NCBI GenBank assembly: GCA_045652205.1
Contig: JAZRTX010000040.1
Location: forward strand, 241 to 64,240
Origin: Clostridia bacterium
Lineage (GTDB): Bacteria; Bacillota; Clostridia; Christensenellales; QALW01
Direction: 5' to 3'
DNA length: 64,000 nt
Made by a program: the position numbers and the translations under genes. Each line of letters begins with the position of its first letter. The first letter of the stretch is position 1. Shown here piece after piece: positions 8,653 through 19,391 of the stretch. Below the pieces are notes generated by a model. It ran no database searches. It was not told the origin of the DNA and saw nothing but the letters and a program-made list of their open reading frames with translations.

Positions 8653-9961
8653 AATATATCTTCCCGATATTATTGGCGCAGGCTACGGGCACTTTTGGAA
8701 AAGTAAAAAGCGTTATCGCGCTCTGAAGGGTGGCAAGGGCAGTAAAAAATCAACAACCACCGCTTTAAATTACATATACCGCTTAATGAAATATCCTGAA
8801 AGCAATCTCTTGGTTGTTCGCGCGGTGTTTAATACCCATAAGGATTCTACCTTTGCCCAGTTAAAATGGGCGCAGGAAAGATTAGGGGTAAGTCATCTTT
8901 GGCAAAACAACGTTGCGCCAATGGAAATGACCTTTAAACCAACGGGGCAAAAAATACTTTTCCGCGGTTTTGATGACGTTTTAAAGCTTGCATCTACCAC
9001 CGTTTCAAAAGGCTATCTTTGTTGGGTTTGGATAGAAGAAGCCTTTGAAATTAAATCCGAAGCCGATTTTGATAAATTAGATCTTTCTGTGCCACGTGGC
9101 AACGTTCCTAAAAATTTATTTAAACAAACCACGCTTACCTTTAACCCTTGGAGTCAGGACCATTGGCTGAAAAAACGGTTCTTTGATAAAAAAAGCGAAA
9201 ACGTTGATGCTTATACCACCAACTACAAGGTAAACGAGTTTCTTGATGAAACCGATAGAGCCATATTTGAACGGATGAAAAATGAAAACCCAAGAAAATA
9301 TGACGTTGCCGGTTTAGGTAATTGGGGAATAACTGACGGGCTGATTTATGAAAACTGGGTAATAAAAGATTTTAATATTGAAGAATTAAAAGCTTCGCCA
9401 AACTTTAAGGCGTTCTTTGGGCTTGACTATGGCTACACCAACGATCCCACTGCTTTTATTGCGTTTTTTGCTAACCCTATAAAAAAGGAAATCTATATTT
9501 TTGACGAGCATTACGGCTATAAAATGTTAAATTCACATATTGCCCAGATGATTAAAGATAAAGGCTTTCAAAAAGAAAGAATAAGGGCAGATGCGGCAGA
9601 GCCGAAATCTAACGAAGATTTAAGAAGAATGGGGATTGGGCGTCTGCAAGCTTCTGTTAAGGGAAGGGATAGCGTAATAAACGGTATTATGGCGTTGCAG
9701 GAATATAAGATTTTCGTTTTAGAAAAATGCAAAAACACCATTAACGAGCTTTCTTCCTACTGCTATAAAAAAGATGCTTATGGCAAGGGGATTAACGAGC
9801 CGGAAGACAGCAACAATCACTTAATGGATGCTTTTAGGTATGCTTTTTATGACGTTCGCTTTTTTAAACCCCAAACAAAAACAGAAAGACCTAACCCTCA
9901 AGAATACTACGATATGAAATTCAGGCTGACCCCTGAAGATATGAAAGGAGAATGGAATTGA
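8630..9961 (+). CDS. Terminase large subunit, PBSX/SPP1-like family
   Basis: KGGKGSKKS Walker A, WIEEA Walker B, TFNPW coupling motif, GLDYGYTNDP and NHLMDAFRYA nuclease motifs. Confidence 0.95.
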   Translation: MKRKSKIKIYLPDIIGAGYGHFWKSKKRYRALKGGKGSKKSTTTALNYIYRLMKYPESNLLVVRAVFNTHKDSTFAQLKWAQERLGVSHLWQNNVAPMEMTFKPTGQKILFRGFDDVLKLASTTVSKGYLCWVWIEEAFEIKSEADFDKLDLSVPRGNVPKNLFKQTTLTFNPWSQDHWLKKRFFDKKSENVDAYTTNYKVNEFLDETDRAIFERMKNENPRKYDVAGLGNWGITDGLIYENWVIKDFNIEELKASPNFKAFFGLDYGYTNDPTAFIAFFANPIKKEIYIFDEHYGYKMLNSHIAQMIKDKGFQKERIRADAAEPKSNEDLRRMGIGRLQASVKGRDSVINGIMALQEYKIFVLEKCKNTINELSSYCYKKDAYGKGINEPEDSNNHLMDAFRYAFYDVRFFKPQTKTERPNPQEYYDMKFRLTPEDMKGEWN

Positions 9962-10155
9962 CGGAGATTTTAATTTTATTAACTTTATGGATAGTTTTAA
10001 TGCTATGTTCGTTTGTTTCAGGTTTTTTATTTGGCAAAAAACATAAAAAACAAACAGAAAAAACTATTCTTACGGAATTTGAAAAACGCGCCCTTGAAAA
10101 AGAAAAGCGTGAGCTTAAAAACTTCTGGACCTATAACGGCGAATCACAAAAATAA
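9952..10155 (+). CDS. Small single-TM hypothetical phage protein
   Basis: Hydrophobic N-terminus, C-terminal NFWTYNG; AAGGAG RBS. Confidence 0.7.
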   Translation: MELTEILILLTLWIVLMLCSFVSGFLFGKKHKKQTEKTILTEFEKRALEKEKRELKNFWTYNGESQK

Positions 10156-10169
10156 GGAGATAAAAAATT

Positions 10170-10871
10170 ATGGAAAATGATATTACCGCGTTAAATGATA
10201 CCATACAGGAAACGCAGAATATAGAAACGTCTGAGCCTTCACCAAAGGCAACAGACAGCGCAGAAAACAATATTACCGTACGCTTTAACCACGAAGATAA
10301 GGTGCTGACCCGCGATGAAGCAATTCAGTTTGCACAAAAAGGGCTTAAATACGAAAGTGTTCAGCCACTTTTAGACGAGCTTGCTTATTTGGCTTCTTTA
10401 AGGGGAAAATCGCCTATTGATACGGTAAAGGAATTTGTTGCCCTTGATGAAGCAGTTTATAAAAATCAGTTAAAAAGCCAATACGGTGAAGACCAAAAAA
10501 CTATTGATGCTTTAATGGAAAAGTATAAACAGGATAACGTTTCAAAAAGAGCACAGTTTGTGTCAAAGGAAAAGGAGGAGGCGGAAAAAAAGGAGTTTAG
10601 TGAGAAATTAGCGGATGAATTTGCCGAACTTAAAGGGGAGTGCCCTGAAATTGACAGCTTTGATAAAATTCCGCCTTCTGTTTTGAAAAACGCAAAAAAC
10701 GAAAACCTTTTAAATGCTTATCTGCGCTACAAGAACCGTCAGCAAGTAAAGATTGACCAAAATAATCAGACCCGCAAAAAGAATAAAGAAGCAACAGCAG
10801 GCAATCTTTTGCAAGGCGGAGAACATATTGATACGCTTTTAACGGCGTTTATAAAGGGTCTGAAAAACTAA
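10170..10871 (+). CDS. Putative capsid scaffolding protein
   Basis: Acidic helical protein directly upstream of the capsid gene; VRFNHEDKVLT...AQKGLKYE. Confidence 0.6.
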   Translation: MENDITALNDTIQETQNIETSEPSPKATDSAENNITVRFNHEDKVLTRDEAIQFAQKGLKYESVQPLLDELAYLASLRGKSPIDTVKEFVALDEAVYKNQLKSQYGEDQKTIDALMEKYKQDNVSKRAQFVSKEKEEAEKKEFSEKLADEFAELKGECPEIDSFDKIPPSVLKNAKNENLLNAYLRYKNRQQVKIDQNNQTRKKNKEATAGNLLQGGEHIDTLLTAFIKGLKN

Positions 10872-10889
10872 AAAAGGAGAAAAAATATT

Positions 10890-11792
10890 ATGGCACTTAA
10901 TTCTATTGAATATGCACAGAAGTATGCAAGCGAGCTTGATAAACTTGTTGTGCAGAAATCAGCAACAGGCTTTTTAGCCGATAACGTAATGTGCGCACAG
11001 TTCGTTGGCGCAAAAACAGTTCTTTTACCTGAACTTGATTTCGTTGGTCTTGGTGATTATGACAGGGACAACGGCTTCCCCACAGGTAAAATTACCATCA
11101 CAAACTCATCTTTTATGCTTTCAAAGGACAGAGGCAGAGAGTTACAGCTTGACAGAATGGATATGGATGAAACGGGTGTTGCAAACCTTGCAGGTCAAAC
11201 CTTAAAGGAATACGTTCGCACACAGGTTATTCCTGAAATGGATGCTTACTGCATTTCAAAACTTTCTGGCGTAGCGTTAGAAAGAAACAACAAGATTACT
11301 TATGATGCAAATAAGGTTTATCAGCAGTTTACTTCCCTTGCAAACGCAATTCAGGCAAAGGCAGGCTTTGATGAAGAGCTTGTTTGCTTTATGGATCCAA
11401 CCGCTTACGCTGCTTTAATGAATTCACCTGAACTTCAAAGGCAGATTGTAGTTTCAGACTTTAAGCAGGGTGAAATTGACCTTAAAGTTAAAAAGATTAA
11501 CGACGTTGTAATTATCCCTGTTTCAAGCGAAAGAATGAAAACTGCTTACACCTTTGATGCAGGCCAAAGCGCATTAACAGGCGGTTTTGCAGTTAGCGAA
11601 GATGCCCAGACCGTTAATATGCTTATGATGGCAAAAAGCGGTGCATCTTTAGTTAAGAAAACTGAAAATCTTCGTATTTTTGCCCCTGAAAAGAATCAGG
11701 ATGCAGATGCATACCTTTTCCAGTACAGGCTTTATTACGATGTTTTTGTTAAAAAGAGCCGCCTTGACCATATCGGTGTTGCGGTTTCCTAA
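10890..11792 (+). CDS. Major capsid protein
   Basis: YAQKYASELD, GLGDYDRDNG, DRGRELQLDRMDMDET, VIPEMDAY and YRLYYDVFV are typical of Firmicutes phage capsid proteins; strong RBS. Confidence 0.85.
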   Translation: MALNSIEYAQKYASELDKLVVQKSATGFLADNVMCAQFVGAKTVLLPELDFVGLGDYDRDNGFPTGKITITNSSFMLSKDRGRELQLDRMDMDETGVANLAGQTLKEYVRTQVIPEMDAYCISKLSGVALERNNKITYDANKVYQQFTSLANAIQAKAGFDEELVCFMDPTAYAALMNSPELQRQIVVSDFKQGEIDLKVKKINDVVIIPVSSERMKTAYTFDAGQSALTGGFAVSEDAQTVNMLMMAKSGASLVKKTENLRIFAPEKNQDADAYLFQYRLYYDVFVKKSRLDHIGVAVS

Positions 11793-11805
11793 AAAACACT
11801 TTTAC

Positions 11806-11834
11806 AAGGGGCATAAATATGCCCCTTAATTTTT
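11806..11834 (+). terminator. Internal hairpin/partial terminator after the capsid gene
   Basis: AAGGGGCATA-AA-TATGCCCCTT followed by AATTTTT. Confidence 0.6.
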
Positions 11835-11847
11835 AAAGGAGGTAACA

Positions 11848-13578
11848 ATGGAAAATATTAAGCTTAAACCACAGGAGATATTTTTAGAATATCAAAGCGC
11901 CAACGAATACAAAAATTCTATTGGCGACCGCGGGATTTATGAGCAAAGTAAAATGAACGAGCGCTTTTTTGTTGGGGATCAGTGGCACGGAGTGAACGCA
12001 GGGAACACCCGCCCCCTTGTCCGCCGTAACATTATTAAAAGAATAGGTGAATATAAAATTTCAACCCTTTGCGCAAATCCCATAGCGGTAAATTATTCTT
12101 CTGAAGGTACACCAAGTGAAAGCGGACAAATGGATATTTTGGAAAATATTCCTGAAGGCAAGGTAACAGATGAAGAAATTACCGCAGTTATGCGCGCTCT
12201 TTCCTTATATGAAGCAAGTACTGCTGAAAGAATAAAATTTAACGAAAAACTTGTGGATCTTGTTCGTGAAGCCTATATTTCAGGTACGGCTTTCTTTTAT
12301 ACCTATTGGGATGAAAAGGTTGAAACGGGGCTTTTTGCCGATGAAAATAAAACCTCAAAAATAATGGGTGATATTTCTTGTCAGGTGCAAAACGTGGTAA
12401 ACGTGATTTTAGGCGATCCAAATTTAGATGATATTCAAAGCCAGCCTTATATTATTGTTTCACAAAGAAAACCCCTTTGGCAAGTTAAACAGGAATGTAA
12501 GGAAAACGGCGTAAACAATAAGGATATTAAAAGTGATGACGGAGCTTCTGTTTATGCAGGGGACAGGGGCGAAAATCAGCCAAAGGATAACGAAAACGTT
12601 ACCGTTTTAACAAAGTTCTTTAAGGTTTTTGAAGACGGTGAAACACGCGTTAAAGCCATCAGGGTAACTGAAAATGCAGTTGTTAAAAAGGAATGGGATT
12701 TATCTTTAAGGCTTTATCCCTTTGCAAAATTCACCTGGCAACCAAGATTTTCAAGCGCTTACGGTGATAGCGAAATCACTTATCTTATTCCTAATCAGAT
12801 TGCCATTAACCGCGCGCTTTCTGCTGAAGTCTGGTCTTTAATGATTACAGGAATGCCTAAAATCGTTGTAAACAGGGATATAGTTTCGCAAAACGTAACT
12901 AATGACCCCGGTCAGATAATCAATATTAACGCAGGGGAAGATTATGACGTTCACCGCGCGCTTTCCTACGTTTATCCGCCGCAGTTTGCAAATCAGATGC
13001 AAAACGTTATAAACGATATTGCCCTTAATACCCTTTATGATTCAGGGGCAAACGATGCGGCATTAGGTGATATTCGCCCTGATAACGCTTCGGCAGTAAT
13101 TGCTATAAGGGAAGCAGCACTTCAGCCTATGCAGGTTTACCAAATGCGTTTTTATTCCTGTATTGAAGAAATTGCCCGTATCTTTGCAGATTTCTGGGTG
13201 AATATGTACGGTGAACGCCCTCTTAAAATTCAGGATAAGAACGGCGTAAGGTATATGCCTTTTAATGCAGAAAGATATAAAAATCTTATTATAAACGCCA
13301 AGGTTGACGTAGGCGCTTCAACTATTTGGGGCGAATCTGTGGTAGTTTCTTCCTTAGATAATCTTTTAAATGCAGGCATTATTACGCCCGTTCAGTACTT
13401 AAAACGCTTACCCAAAGGAACTATTCCTGATGTTACAGGGCTTATTGATGAGATTTCTGCCCCACAGGAAGAAGACGTTTTAACAGGCTTAAAGGAACAG
13501 TATCCTGAAGAATATAATATGTTTTCTTCTTTAACAAAAGAAGAACAACAGGAATTTTTAAAAAAGGTAGGGGGATAA
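11848..13578 (+). CDS. Portal protein (P22-like podovirus type)
   Basis: 576 aa; RFFVGDQW...PLVRRNIIKR, YPFAKF...YGDSEITYLIPNQIAINR, ASAVIAIREA. Confidence 0.75.
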   Translation: MENIKLKPQEIFLEYQSANEYKNSIGDRGIYEQSKMNERFFVGDQWHGVNAGNTRPLVRRNIIKRIGEYKISTLCANPIAVNYSSEGTPSESGQMDILENIPEGKVTDEEITAVMRALSLYEASTAERIKFNEKLVDLVREAYISGTAFFYTYWDEKVETGLFADENKTSKIMGDISCQVQNVVNVILGDPNLDDIQSQPYIIVSQRKPLWQVKQECKENGVNNKDIKSDDGASVYAGDRGENQPKDNENVTVLTKFFKVFEDGETRVKAIRVTENAVVKKEWDLSLRLYPFAKFTWQPRFSSAYGDSEITYLIPNQIAINRALSAEVWSLMITGMPKIVVNRDIVSQNVTNDPGQIININAGEDYDVHRALSYVYPPQFANQMQNVINDIALNTLYDSGANDAALGDIRPDNASAVIAIREAALQPMQVYQMRFYSCIEEIARIFADFWVNMYGERPLKIQDKNGVRYMPFNAERYKNLIINAKVDVGASTIWGESVVVSSLDNLLNAGIITPVQYLKRLPKGTIPDVTGLIDEISAPQEEDVLTGLKEQYPEEYNMFSSLTKEEQQEFLKKVGG

Positions 13579-13581
13579 AAA

Positions 13582-13938
13582 ATGACTGCTTCAAAAATTA
13601 TTGAAAAAGCAATGAAGCTTCTTGGCTATGATATTTTGCAAAAAACAGGAAGCGTTACGGATATTGATGAAAACGTTATAACGGCAATAAACACCGTGTA
13701 TGCAGACCTTTATTTTTTAATCAACAAAGACGGCTTTACTGAAATTTCAAATGCCAATGAAACAGTTAATCTTCCTGAAAAAGCCGTTAGCGATATTATG
13801 CCTTACGGCGTTGCTTCTTTTATGGCATCGTTTCAAGGTGATAACGATAATCAGCAGTTTTTTTCAAAAATATATAACTTAAAAAGAAAAGGTTTTATAA
13901 AAGAAGAAACTGTAGATGACGTGCTTCCCACAGTTTAA
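13582..13938 (+). CDS. Putative head-tail adaptor protein
   Basis: Position after the portal; MTASKIIEKA...LPEKAVSDIMPYGVAS pattern. Confidence 0.5.
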   Translation: MTASKIIEKAMKLLGYDILQKTGSVTDIDENVITAINTVYADLYFLINKDGFTEISNANETVNLPEKAVSDIMPYGVASFMASFQGDNDNQQFFSKIYNLKRKGFIKEETVDDVLPTV

Positions 13939-13950
13939 GGGGGGATAAAA

Positions 13951-16164
13951 ATGATACCCGTTAAAAAGAGAACGAATTTATATCAGTTTAAAGTGCCTGC
14001 GCTTTCAGGGGGCGTAGATTTAAATGAAGATATAGCCTATATAAAAGAGAACCAACTTGCTGACTGCACTAATATGTGGTTTAAAGATGGTGCGTTAAAA
14101 ACACGTCCGGGCATAATGCAAACGGAAAACGTAAGTTTAACTAACGTTGGCACAAAAATTCAGGCTGAAAGTTTTAACAGCGTAGTTATTGACGGCAAAA
14201 ACTACGTTCTTGAATGCGAGAAATATATAAGCGGAAAAGCAGAAAATTTCTTTGGCTATTATTTCAATTTAAGGCTTTGCGCAAAGGATAGTACTATAAA
14301 CGTAGGCAGAATTGAAATAAACGTGCCTGAATTAAATGATTTTAATGCGCTTCCTATCGTTTATAGAAACGATATATACGTTTACGTAAGGCATTATAAT
14401 TGCAATGATGAAAGATACGAAAATTTTATCTGCTTATTTAAAAAAACAGGAGCTGAAACTTATTCTGAGCCCCAATATATTCTTTCCAAAGATATGTATG
14501 CGCCGTTAATTTTAACAAACTGCACCGGCTGTTATAAGGATAGCGGTTCGGCAAATACGTTAATAAGTAAAGGTGCTTCGCAGGTTGAAGGCTTTAATCT
14601 TCTTGGAAACTATTACAAAATGGAATTTTCAACTTATGATAATTCCGAAACAGGATATAAGTATTTTACAACAGGTGAAAACGGTGAAATCCTTGATTGC
14701 TTTACTTTTATGGAATATTCCTTGCCTTACACTACAAAAAACACGTTGGGGCAAATTACCGTTAAATATATTGATAAACAAGGCAAAACACATAACCACA
14801 GCGTTTACGTTCCTTATAATATACCTACCGTAGAACAAGAGGTAGGGGACGATGGCTTTTATCTTCACGCCTATATAAAGGGAAATATAGTACATTTTGC
14901 TTTTAATCAAGATGCTGACGCTTTAAACGTAACACCCGATAAAATCAGTGTTGATGATTACGTTCATAATAATATGACCGTTACTGCACCTTGTGAAAAC
15001 AGTGATGAAAACGTTAAAAAAGTTATGGGAATGACTGAGGCTATATGGTATGGTAATGCTTCGTTAGGCGTGTATGGCGGAAGCAGACTTTTCCTTTGCG
15101 GAAATATTGATGAAAAGGAAAAATCGCTGGTTGTGTGGAGTGATTTTGAAAATCCCTTGTATTTTAGCGAAAATAACTACGCTTATGTTGGGGATAAAGG
15201 GCAAAAAGCCACTTGCTTTGGCAGGCAGGGGGCTAGCTTAATCGTTTTTAAGGAACATCAGATTTATTCTTGCGATTACAGTTTGAACAGCGTTTCTGCT
15301 GATGAAATTATTGAACAGTCTGCCATTGACCTTACGAACTTGATTGCGGGCTTTACCTTTAAGCTTATTCATTCAAAAATCGGATGTGATTGCCCTAAAA
15401 CCATTCAGCTTTGTTTTAATAAACTTTTGTGGGCAACAAGCCAGGGCAAAGTATATAACTTAACTGACCGCAATCAATATTCTGAACGCAACGTTGTGGA
15501 GGTTTCAACTGCCGTCAGCCAAAAATTAAAAAAAGAAGATATGCTTTCAGCATATTCTGCTGATTGGAACGGATACTACCTTTTGTTTGTAAATAACAAC
15601 GTATATGCTATGGATTACAATAGTTATGAATATATGGGCATATCTTCATATAGTTTAAAACGAAGCAATGATTCTCTTCCGTCGTGGTATTTGTGGCAGT
15701 TGCCTTATAAGGCGTGTGCGGTTTACGGCGATGATGATTTTATGCTTATGGTGTTTATCAAAGAAACCGATAATGATAACGCAAAAATAATAAGGGGATA
15801 TTTTGATTTTAATCAAACGGTAGATTTTCTTCAAGAGTATTTCAGGATAACTTCAAAAATTAAAACGGCACTGTTTTCATTAAACAGTTTTGATTTTTTA
15901 AAACGCATTATAAAAGTAAACCTTAATATGCAAAGCAAGCAAAACGCCAACGTAATGGTAAAGTGCTTTAACGAACAAGGAGTTTCGGTTATTCATCCGT
16001 TAAACTTAAACAGCAAAATTTTTGATGGTGCGTTAAGGGTAAACAGGCAGATCATTCCCGCCCTTAAACTTTCAAGGTACTTTGGCATGGAATTAACAAG
16101 CTATGATTATTTTGAATTAAAAGAAATTACCGTTAACTTCAAACTTTTAAATAATGCAAAATAA
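13951..16164 (+). CDS. Putative tail nozzle/head-stabilisation protein (P22 gp10/T7 gp12-like)
   Basis: LSGGVDL...DCTNMWFKDGALKTRPG N-terminus, SRLFL, VWSDFENPLYF, LIVFKE and IGCDCPKTI; beta-rich. Confidence 0.6.
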   Translation: MIPVKKRTNLYQFKVPALSGGVDLNEDIAYIKENQLADCTNMWFKDGALKTRPGIMQTENVSLTNVGTKIQAESFNSVVIDGKNYVLECEKYISGKAENFFGYYFNLRLCAKDSTINVGRIEINVPELNDFNALPIVYRNDIYVYVRHYNCNDERYENFICLFKKTGAETYSEPQYILSKDMYAPLILTNCTGCYKDSGSANTLISKGASQVEGFNLLGNYYKMEFSTYDNSETGYKYFTTGENGEILDCFTFMEYSLPYTTKNTLGQITVKYIDKQGKTHNHSVYVPYNIPTVEQEVGDDGFYLHAYIKGNIVHFAFNQDADALNVTPDKISVDDYVHNNMTVTAPCENSDENVKKVMGMTEAIWYGNASLGVYGGSRLFLCGNIDEKEKSLVVWSDFENPLYFSENNYAYVGDKGQKATCFGRQGASLIVFKEHQIYSCDYSLNSVSADEIIEQSAIDLTNLIAGFTFKLIHSKIGCDCPKTIQLCFNKLLWATSQGKVYNLTDRNQYSERNVVEVSTAVSQKLKKEDMLSAYSADWNGYYLLFVNNNVYAMDYNSYEYMGISSYSLKRSNDSLPSWYLWQLPYKACAVYGDDDFMLMVFIKETDNDNAKIIRGYFDFNQTVDFLQEYFRITSKIKTALFSLNSFDFLKRIIKVNLNMQSKQNANVMVKCFNEQGVSVIHPLNLNSKIFDGALRVNRQIIPALKLSRYFGMELTSYDYFELKEITVNFKLLNNAK

Positions 16165-16178
16165 AAGGAGGAAAATAA

Positions 16179-17078
16179 ATGGCAAAAACTTATACTGATT
16201 TTCTTCAGGAAATATTAAATGCACAAAAGGAAGAAAAAGATAAGCAACACGCAAACGTTGATGCAAAATACGATATTCTTACAAAGGAAATTACAGATAA
16301 ATATTCCGCTGAAATTGAAAACGTAAAAGGAATTTACGATGATTATATTGATAAATCCTACGTTCAAAAGCTTATAGATAAAAAACAGGTTGAAGAAACC
16401 CTTGCAAATATGGGCTTGACGGATTCAGGGTTAAACAGAACACAGCAAACTGCGGTTCAGTTAAGCCACGCCAACCGTGTGGGAAAGTATAGTTTATCAA
16501 AACAACAACAGATTGATTCTTTGGCAAAGGAGATGCAAAGCAAATTAACTGATGCTGCAATAAATGCCGAACAAGAAAAAACTTCAATAAATCAAAGTTT
16601 TCAAAAAAGTGCCGAATCAAAGGCAACGGATCTTTACGAAACTTATGAAAAAGGTGAAAACAAGCAAGAAAAGGCTTGGACGAAGGTGGTTAATTCACTT
16701 TTTGATGATGATGTAAGTTCTAAGGAACGCACATTTATTTTAGAAGAGTATTTTCTTAAATACGGGCTTAATTCCAATGAAAAATTATTGCTTGATAAAA
16801 TGCAGATAGACTACAAGAACTTAGGTAAAAAGGTTGAACCGCAAAAGCAGGAGCCTGTTGATTATGCTTTAACTGACCAAAGAAAAACTCAGCTTCAAAA
16901 AATGTGTAAGGATACCCTTATAACAAAGCAACAGTTCAATAACGAACGCAAATTAGGTAACTTTAAAGGCAGTTATAACGAATACGTTAAAGGTGTAATT
17001 ACAAACTGGCGTTTTTCGTTACGAATCAATCAGGCGGAATTTGAATATTTGCTTGATTACTACGGATTAAATAAGTAA
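16179..17078 (+). CDS. Putative internal virion/ejection protein
   Basis: Coiled-coil Q/E/K-rich sequence with LANMGLTDSGL motif; follows the nozzle gene. Confidence 0.4.
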   Translation: MAKTYTDFLQEILNAQKEEKDKQHANVDAKYDILTKEITDKYSAEIENVKGIYDDYIDKSYVQKLIDKKQVEETLANMGLTDSGLNRTQQTAVQLSHANRVGKYSLSKQQQIDSLAKEMQSKLTDAAINAEQEKTSINQSFQKSAESKATDLYETYEKGENKQEKAWTKVVNSLFDDDVSSKERTFILEEYFLKYGLNSNEKLLLDKMQIDYKNLGKKVEPQKQEPVDYALTDQRKTQLQKMCKDTLITKQQFNNERKLGNFKGSYNEYVKGVITNWRFSLRINQAEFEYLLDYYGLNK

Positions 17079-17092
17079 AGGAGGAGATTTTT

Positions 17093-17644
17093 ATGGCTTT
17101 AAGAAAAGTGATTTTTAACGTTTCAAAAAACGGTGTTGAACCGTTAGATTACGCTTGGGGCGGAATTCAGAATGAGGATAACGCCACGGAAGTGAATTTT
17201 GTTCTTGATAACGAATATTTTTTAACTTTAAATGAAGATTGCGAAACCCTGTTTTTCAGAATTGATTTTGAATCCGGTTTTGCGGGATATAATCCATCAG
17301 AAAATCTTGAAATGGTTGATAACGCTATAAAACGTGAAATTCCTAAGGCAATCACCCGATTTGGCGGTGAATTTACAAGTACGCTTGTTGTTACAAGGCT
17401 CTTAAATAACGGAGAATATCAGCAGATTTTAACTGTTCCTGTAACGCTGTTTTTAACGCAGAATAACGTAAAGGACAAGCCTTTAATCAGTAATCTTTCT
17501 GCTTTTGAAGAACACATTTTAAAAAACGTTAAGGAATGTTCTTCCATTAAACAACAGATGGAAAATAAGCTTAACAGCGATATAAACGAAATTGCTGAAC
17601 TTGTAAAACAGGAATTTATTGACGTTTCGGAGGTGGCAAAATGA
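17093..17644 (+). CDS. Putative tail/receptor-binding attachment protein (BppU-N-like)
   Basis: GGIQNEDNATEVNF beta-sandwich-like N-terminus; position in the tail module. Confidence 0.4.
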   Translation: MALRKVIFNVSKNGVEPLDYAWGGIQNEDNATEVNFVLDNEYFLTLNEDCETLFFRIDFESGFAGYNPSENLEMVDNAIKREIPKAITRFGGEFTSTLVVTRLLNNGEYQQILTVPVTLFLTQNNVKDKPLISNLSAFEEHILKNVKECSSIKQQMENKLNSDINEIAELVKQEFIDVSEVAK

Positions 17645-18396
17645 GCAAAAACGCAATAATGCCGCTAACGGATTACGAAAACGTTTGTAATACAATCCGC
17701 GAAAAAACAGGTTCATCAGATTTAATTAAATCAGGTGAATTAACAGAAAAAATCAACGAGGTTTTTGAAAAAGGTAAGCAAGCAGAACACAGTGATTTCT
17801 GGGATAAATACCAAAATAACGGTAAGCGTACAAACTATGACGGCGTATTTTTCGGCAAAGGATGGACGGAAGATACTTTTAAACCTAAATACGATATTGT
17901 GCCAACTTCAATCGGACACATGTTCAGGGGAAGTAACTTAAATTGCGATCTGGTAGAACATTTAGAAAACCTTGGTGTAACACTTGATTTTTCAAAAAGC
18001 AATTTGTTTTATTATACGTTTTATGATGCCAACGTTAAACGCATTGGTGTTATTGATGGTTCTAACATTACAACGTATCAATCGGCGTTTGTAAAATGCA
18101 CGGCGGAAATAATTGATAAAATTATAGTGCATCCCGAAGCAACGTTTACAGATACGTCTTTTCAAATGCCAAACCTTGAAGAAATACGCTTTGAAGGTGT
18201 TATCGGAAAGGGTGGGTTGAACTTTTCATATTCACCGTTATTAAGCCGCGATAGTTTAAATAATATCATTGGCACGTTAAAAGATATTTCCCAAACGGGT
18301 GAAAACTACACTTTAATCTTAGGCAACGTAAACCTTAATAAATTAACCGATGAAGAAAAGGCAATTGCTACAAATAAAGGATGGAATCTTCAATGA
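17641..18396 (+). CDS. Putative tail-associated/receptor-binding protein
   Basis: CNTIREKTG...IKSGELTEKI N-terminus and C-terminal AIATNKGWNL are seen in phage tail-associated proteins; ATGA coupling. Confidence 0.45.
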   Translation: MSKNAIMPLTDYENVCNTIREKTGSSDLIKSGELTEKINEVFEKGKQAEHSDFWDKYQNNGKRTNYDGVFFGKGWTEDTFKPKYDIVPTSIGHMFRGSNLNCDLVEHLENLGVTLDFSKSNLFYYTFYDANVKRIGVIDGSNITTYQSAFVKCTAEIIDKIIVHPEATFTDTSFQMPNLEEIRFEGVIGKGGLNFSYSPLLSRDSLNNIIGTLKDISQTGENYTLILGNVNLNKLTDEEKAIATNKGWNLQ

Positions 18397-18677
18397 GTTA
18401 TTTTCTTATAGTAGTTGAAATAATAAGTGGATTAACGGTGATAACAGGCGTTTTAAGTGCGTTCTTTATTTGGATAAAAAGGCTTGTTGAAGGGCAAAAA
18501 TGTCAGTTAAGATCCGATATGCTTCACATTTACTACAAGCATAAGAATAAAAAGAAAATCCGCCAATATGAGTACGAAAATTTTATGCTTATGTTTAAAG
18601 CATATAAGGCGTTAAAAGGCAATTCTTTCATTGATGAAATTTATAACGTTGTCACCCATTGGGAAATCATTTCGTAA
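18393..18677 (+). CDS. Holin-like single-TM lysis-module protein
   Basis: N-terminal TM helix then KCQLRSDML...YKALKGNSF; immediately upstream of the endolysin. Confidence 0.55.
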   Translation: MSYFLIVVEIISGLTVITGVLSAFFIWIKRLVEGQKCQLRSDMLHIYYKHKNKKKIRQYEYENFMLMFKAYKALKGNSFIDEIYNVVTHWEIIS

Positions 18678-18688
18678 AGGAGAAAAAT

Positions 18689-19387
18689 ATGCGAACAAAA
18701 ATTATAAAACAGGCAAAATTATGGCTTAATAAAAACGAAAAAGACGGAAGTTTTAAAGAAATTATTGATATTTATAATTCACATAAACCGCTTGCAAGGG
18801 GTTATAAAGTAAAATATACAGATGAATGGTGCGCGGCATTTGTTTCGGCAGTTGCGATTAAGTGCGGATTAACAAATATTATTCCAACAGAATGTTCTTG
18901 CGGTAAAATGATTGAAAAAGCGCAAAAAATGGGTATATGGGTTGAAAATGATGCATATACACCCAATATAGCCGATATCATTTTATACCATTGGAAAGAT
19001 TCAGGCGTTGGGGATAATAAATCTTGGCCAAACCACGTTGGAATCGTTGAAAGTGTAACGAATAATACTATAAAGGTTATTGAAGGCAATCTCAATAGTG
19101 CAGTTGGTTATCGCAATATTAAGGTAAACGGCAAAACTATCCGCGGTTATATCTGCCCCCAATATGCTGATGAACAAAAGACGGAAGAAAAAGAATATTA
19201 TCCCAAATATACAGGCAAAACCAACAGTATTGTTGATGCATTAAAAAGCCTTAAAATTGATTCTTCCTTTAATCATCGCAAGCAAATTGCAAAGGCTAAC
19301 GGTATTACGCTTTACGTTGGTTTAGCCAATCAGAACATAAAATTATTAACCTTGTTAAAGCAAGGAATTTTAATTAAGGAGAAATAA
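18689..19387 (+). CDS. CHAP-domain endolysin
   Basis: WCAAFVS (catalytic Cys), NHVGIV (His), VIEGN; C-terminal SIVDALK...RKQIAKANGI cell-wall-binding domain. Confidence 0.9.
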   Translation: MRTKIIKQAKLWLNKNEKDGSFKEIIDIYNSHKPLARGYKVKYTDEWCAAFVSAVAIKCGLTNIIPTECSCGKMIEKAQKMGIWVENDAYTPNIADIILYHWKDSGVGDNKSWPNHVGIVESVTNNTIKVIEGNLNSAVGYRNIKVNGKTIRGYICPQYADEQKTEEKEYYPKYTGKTNSIVDALKSLKIDSSFNHRKQIAKANGITLYVGLANQNIKLLTLLKQGILIKEK

Positions 19388-19391
19388 AAAA

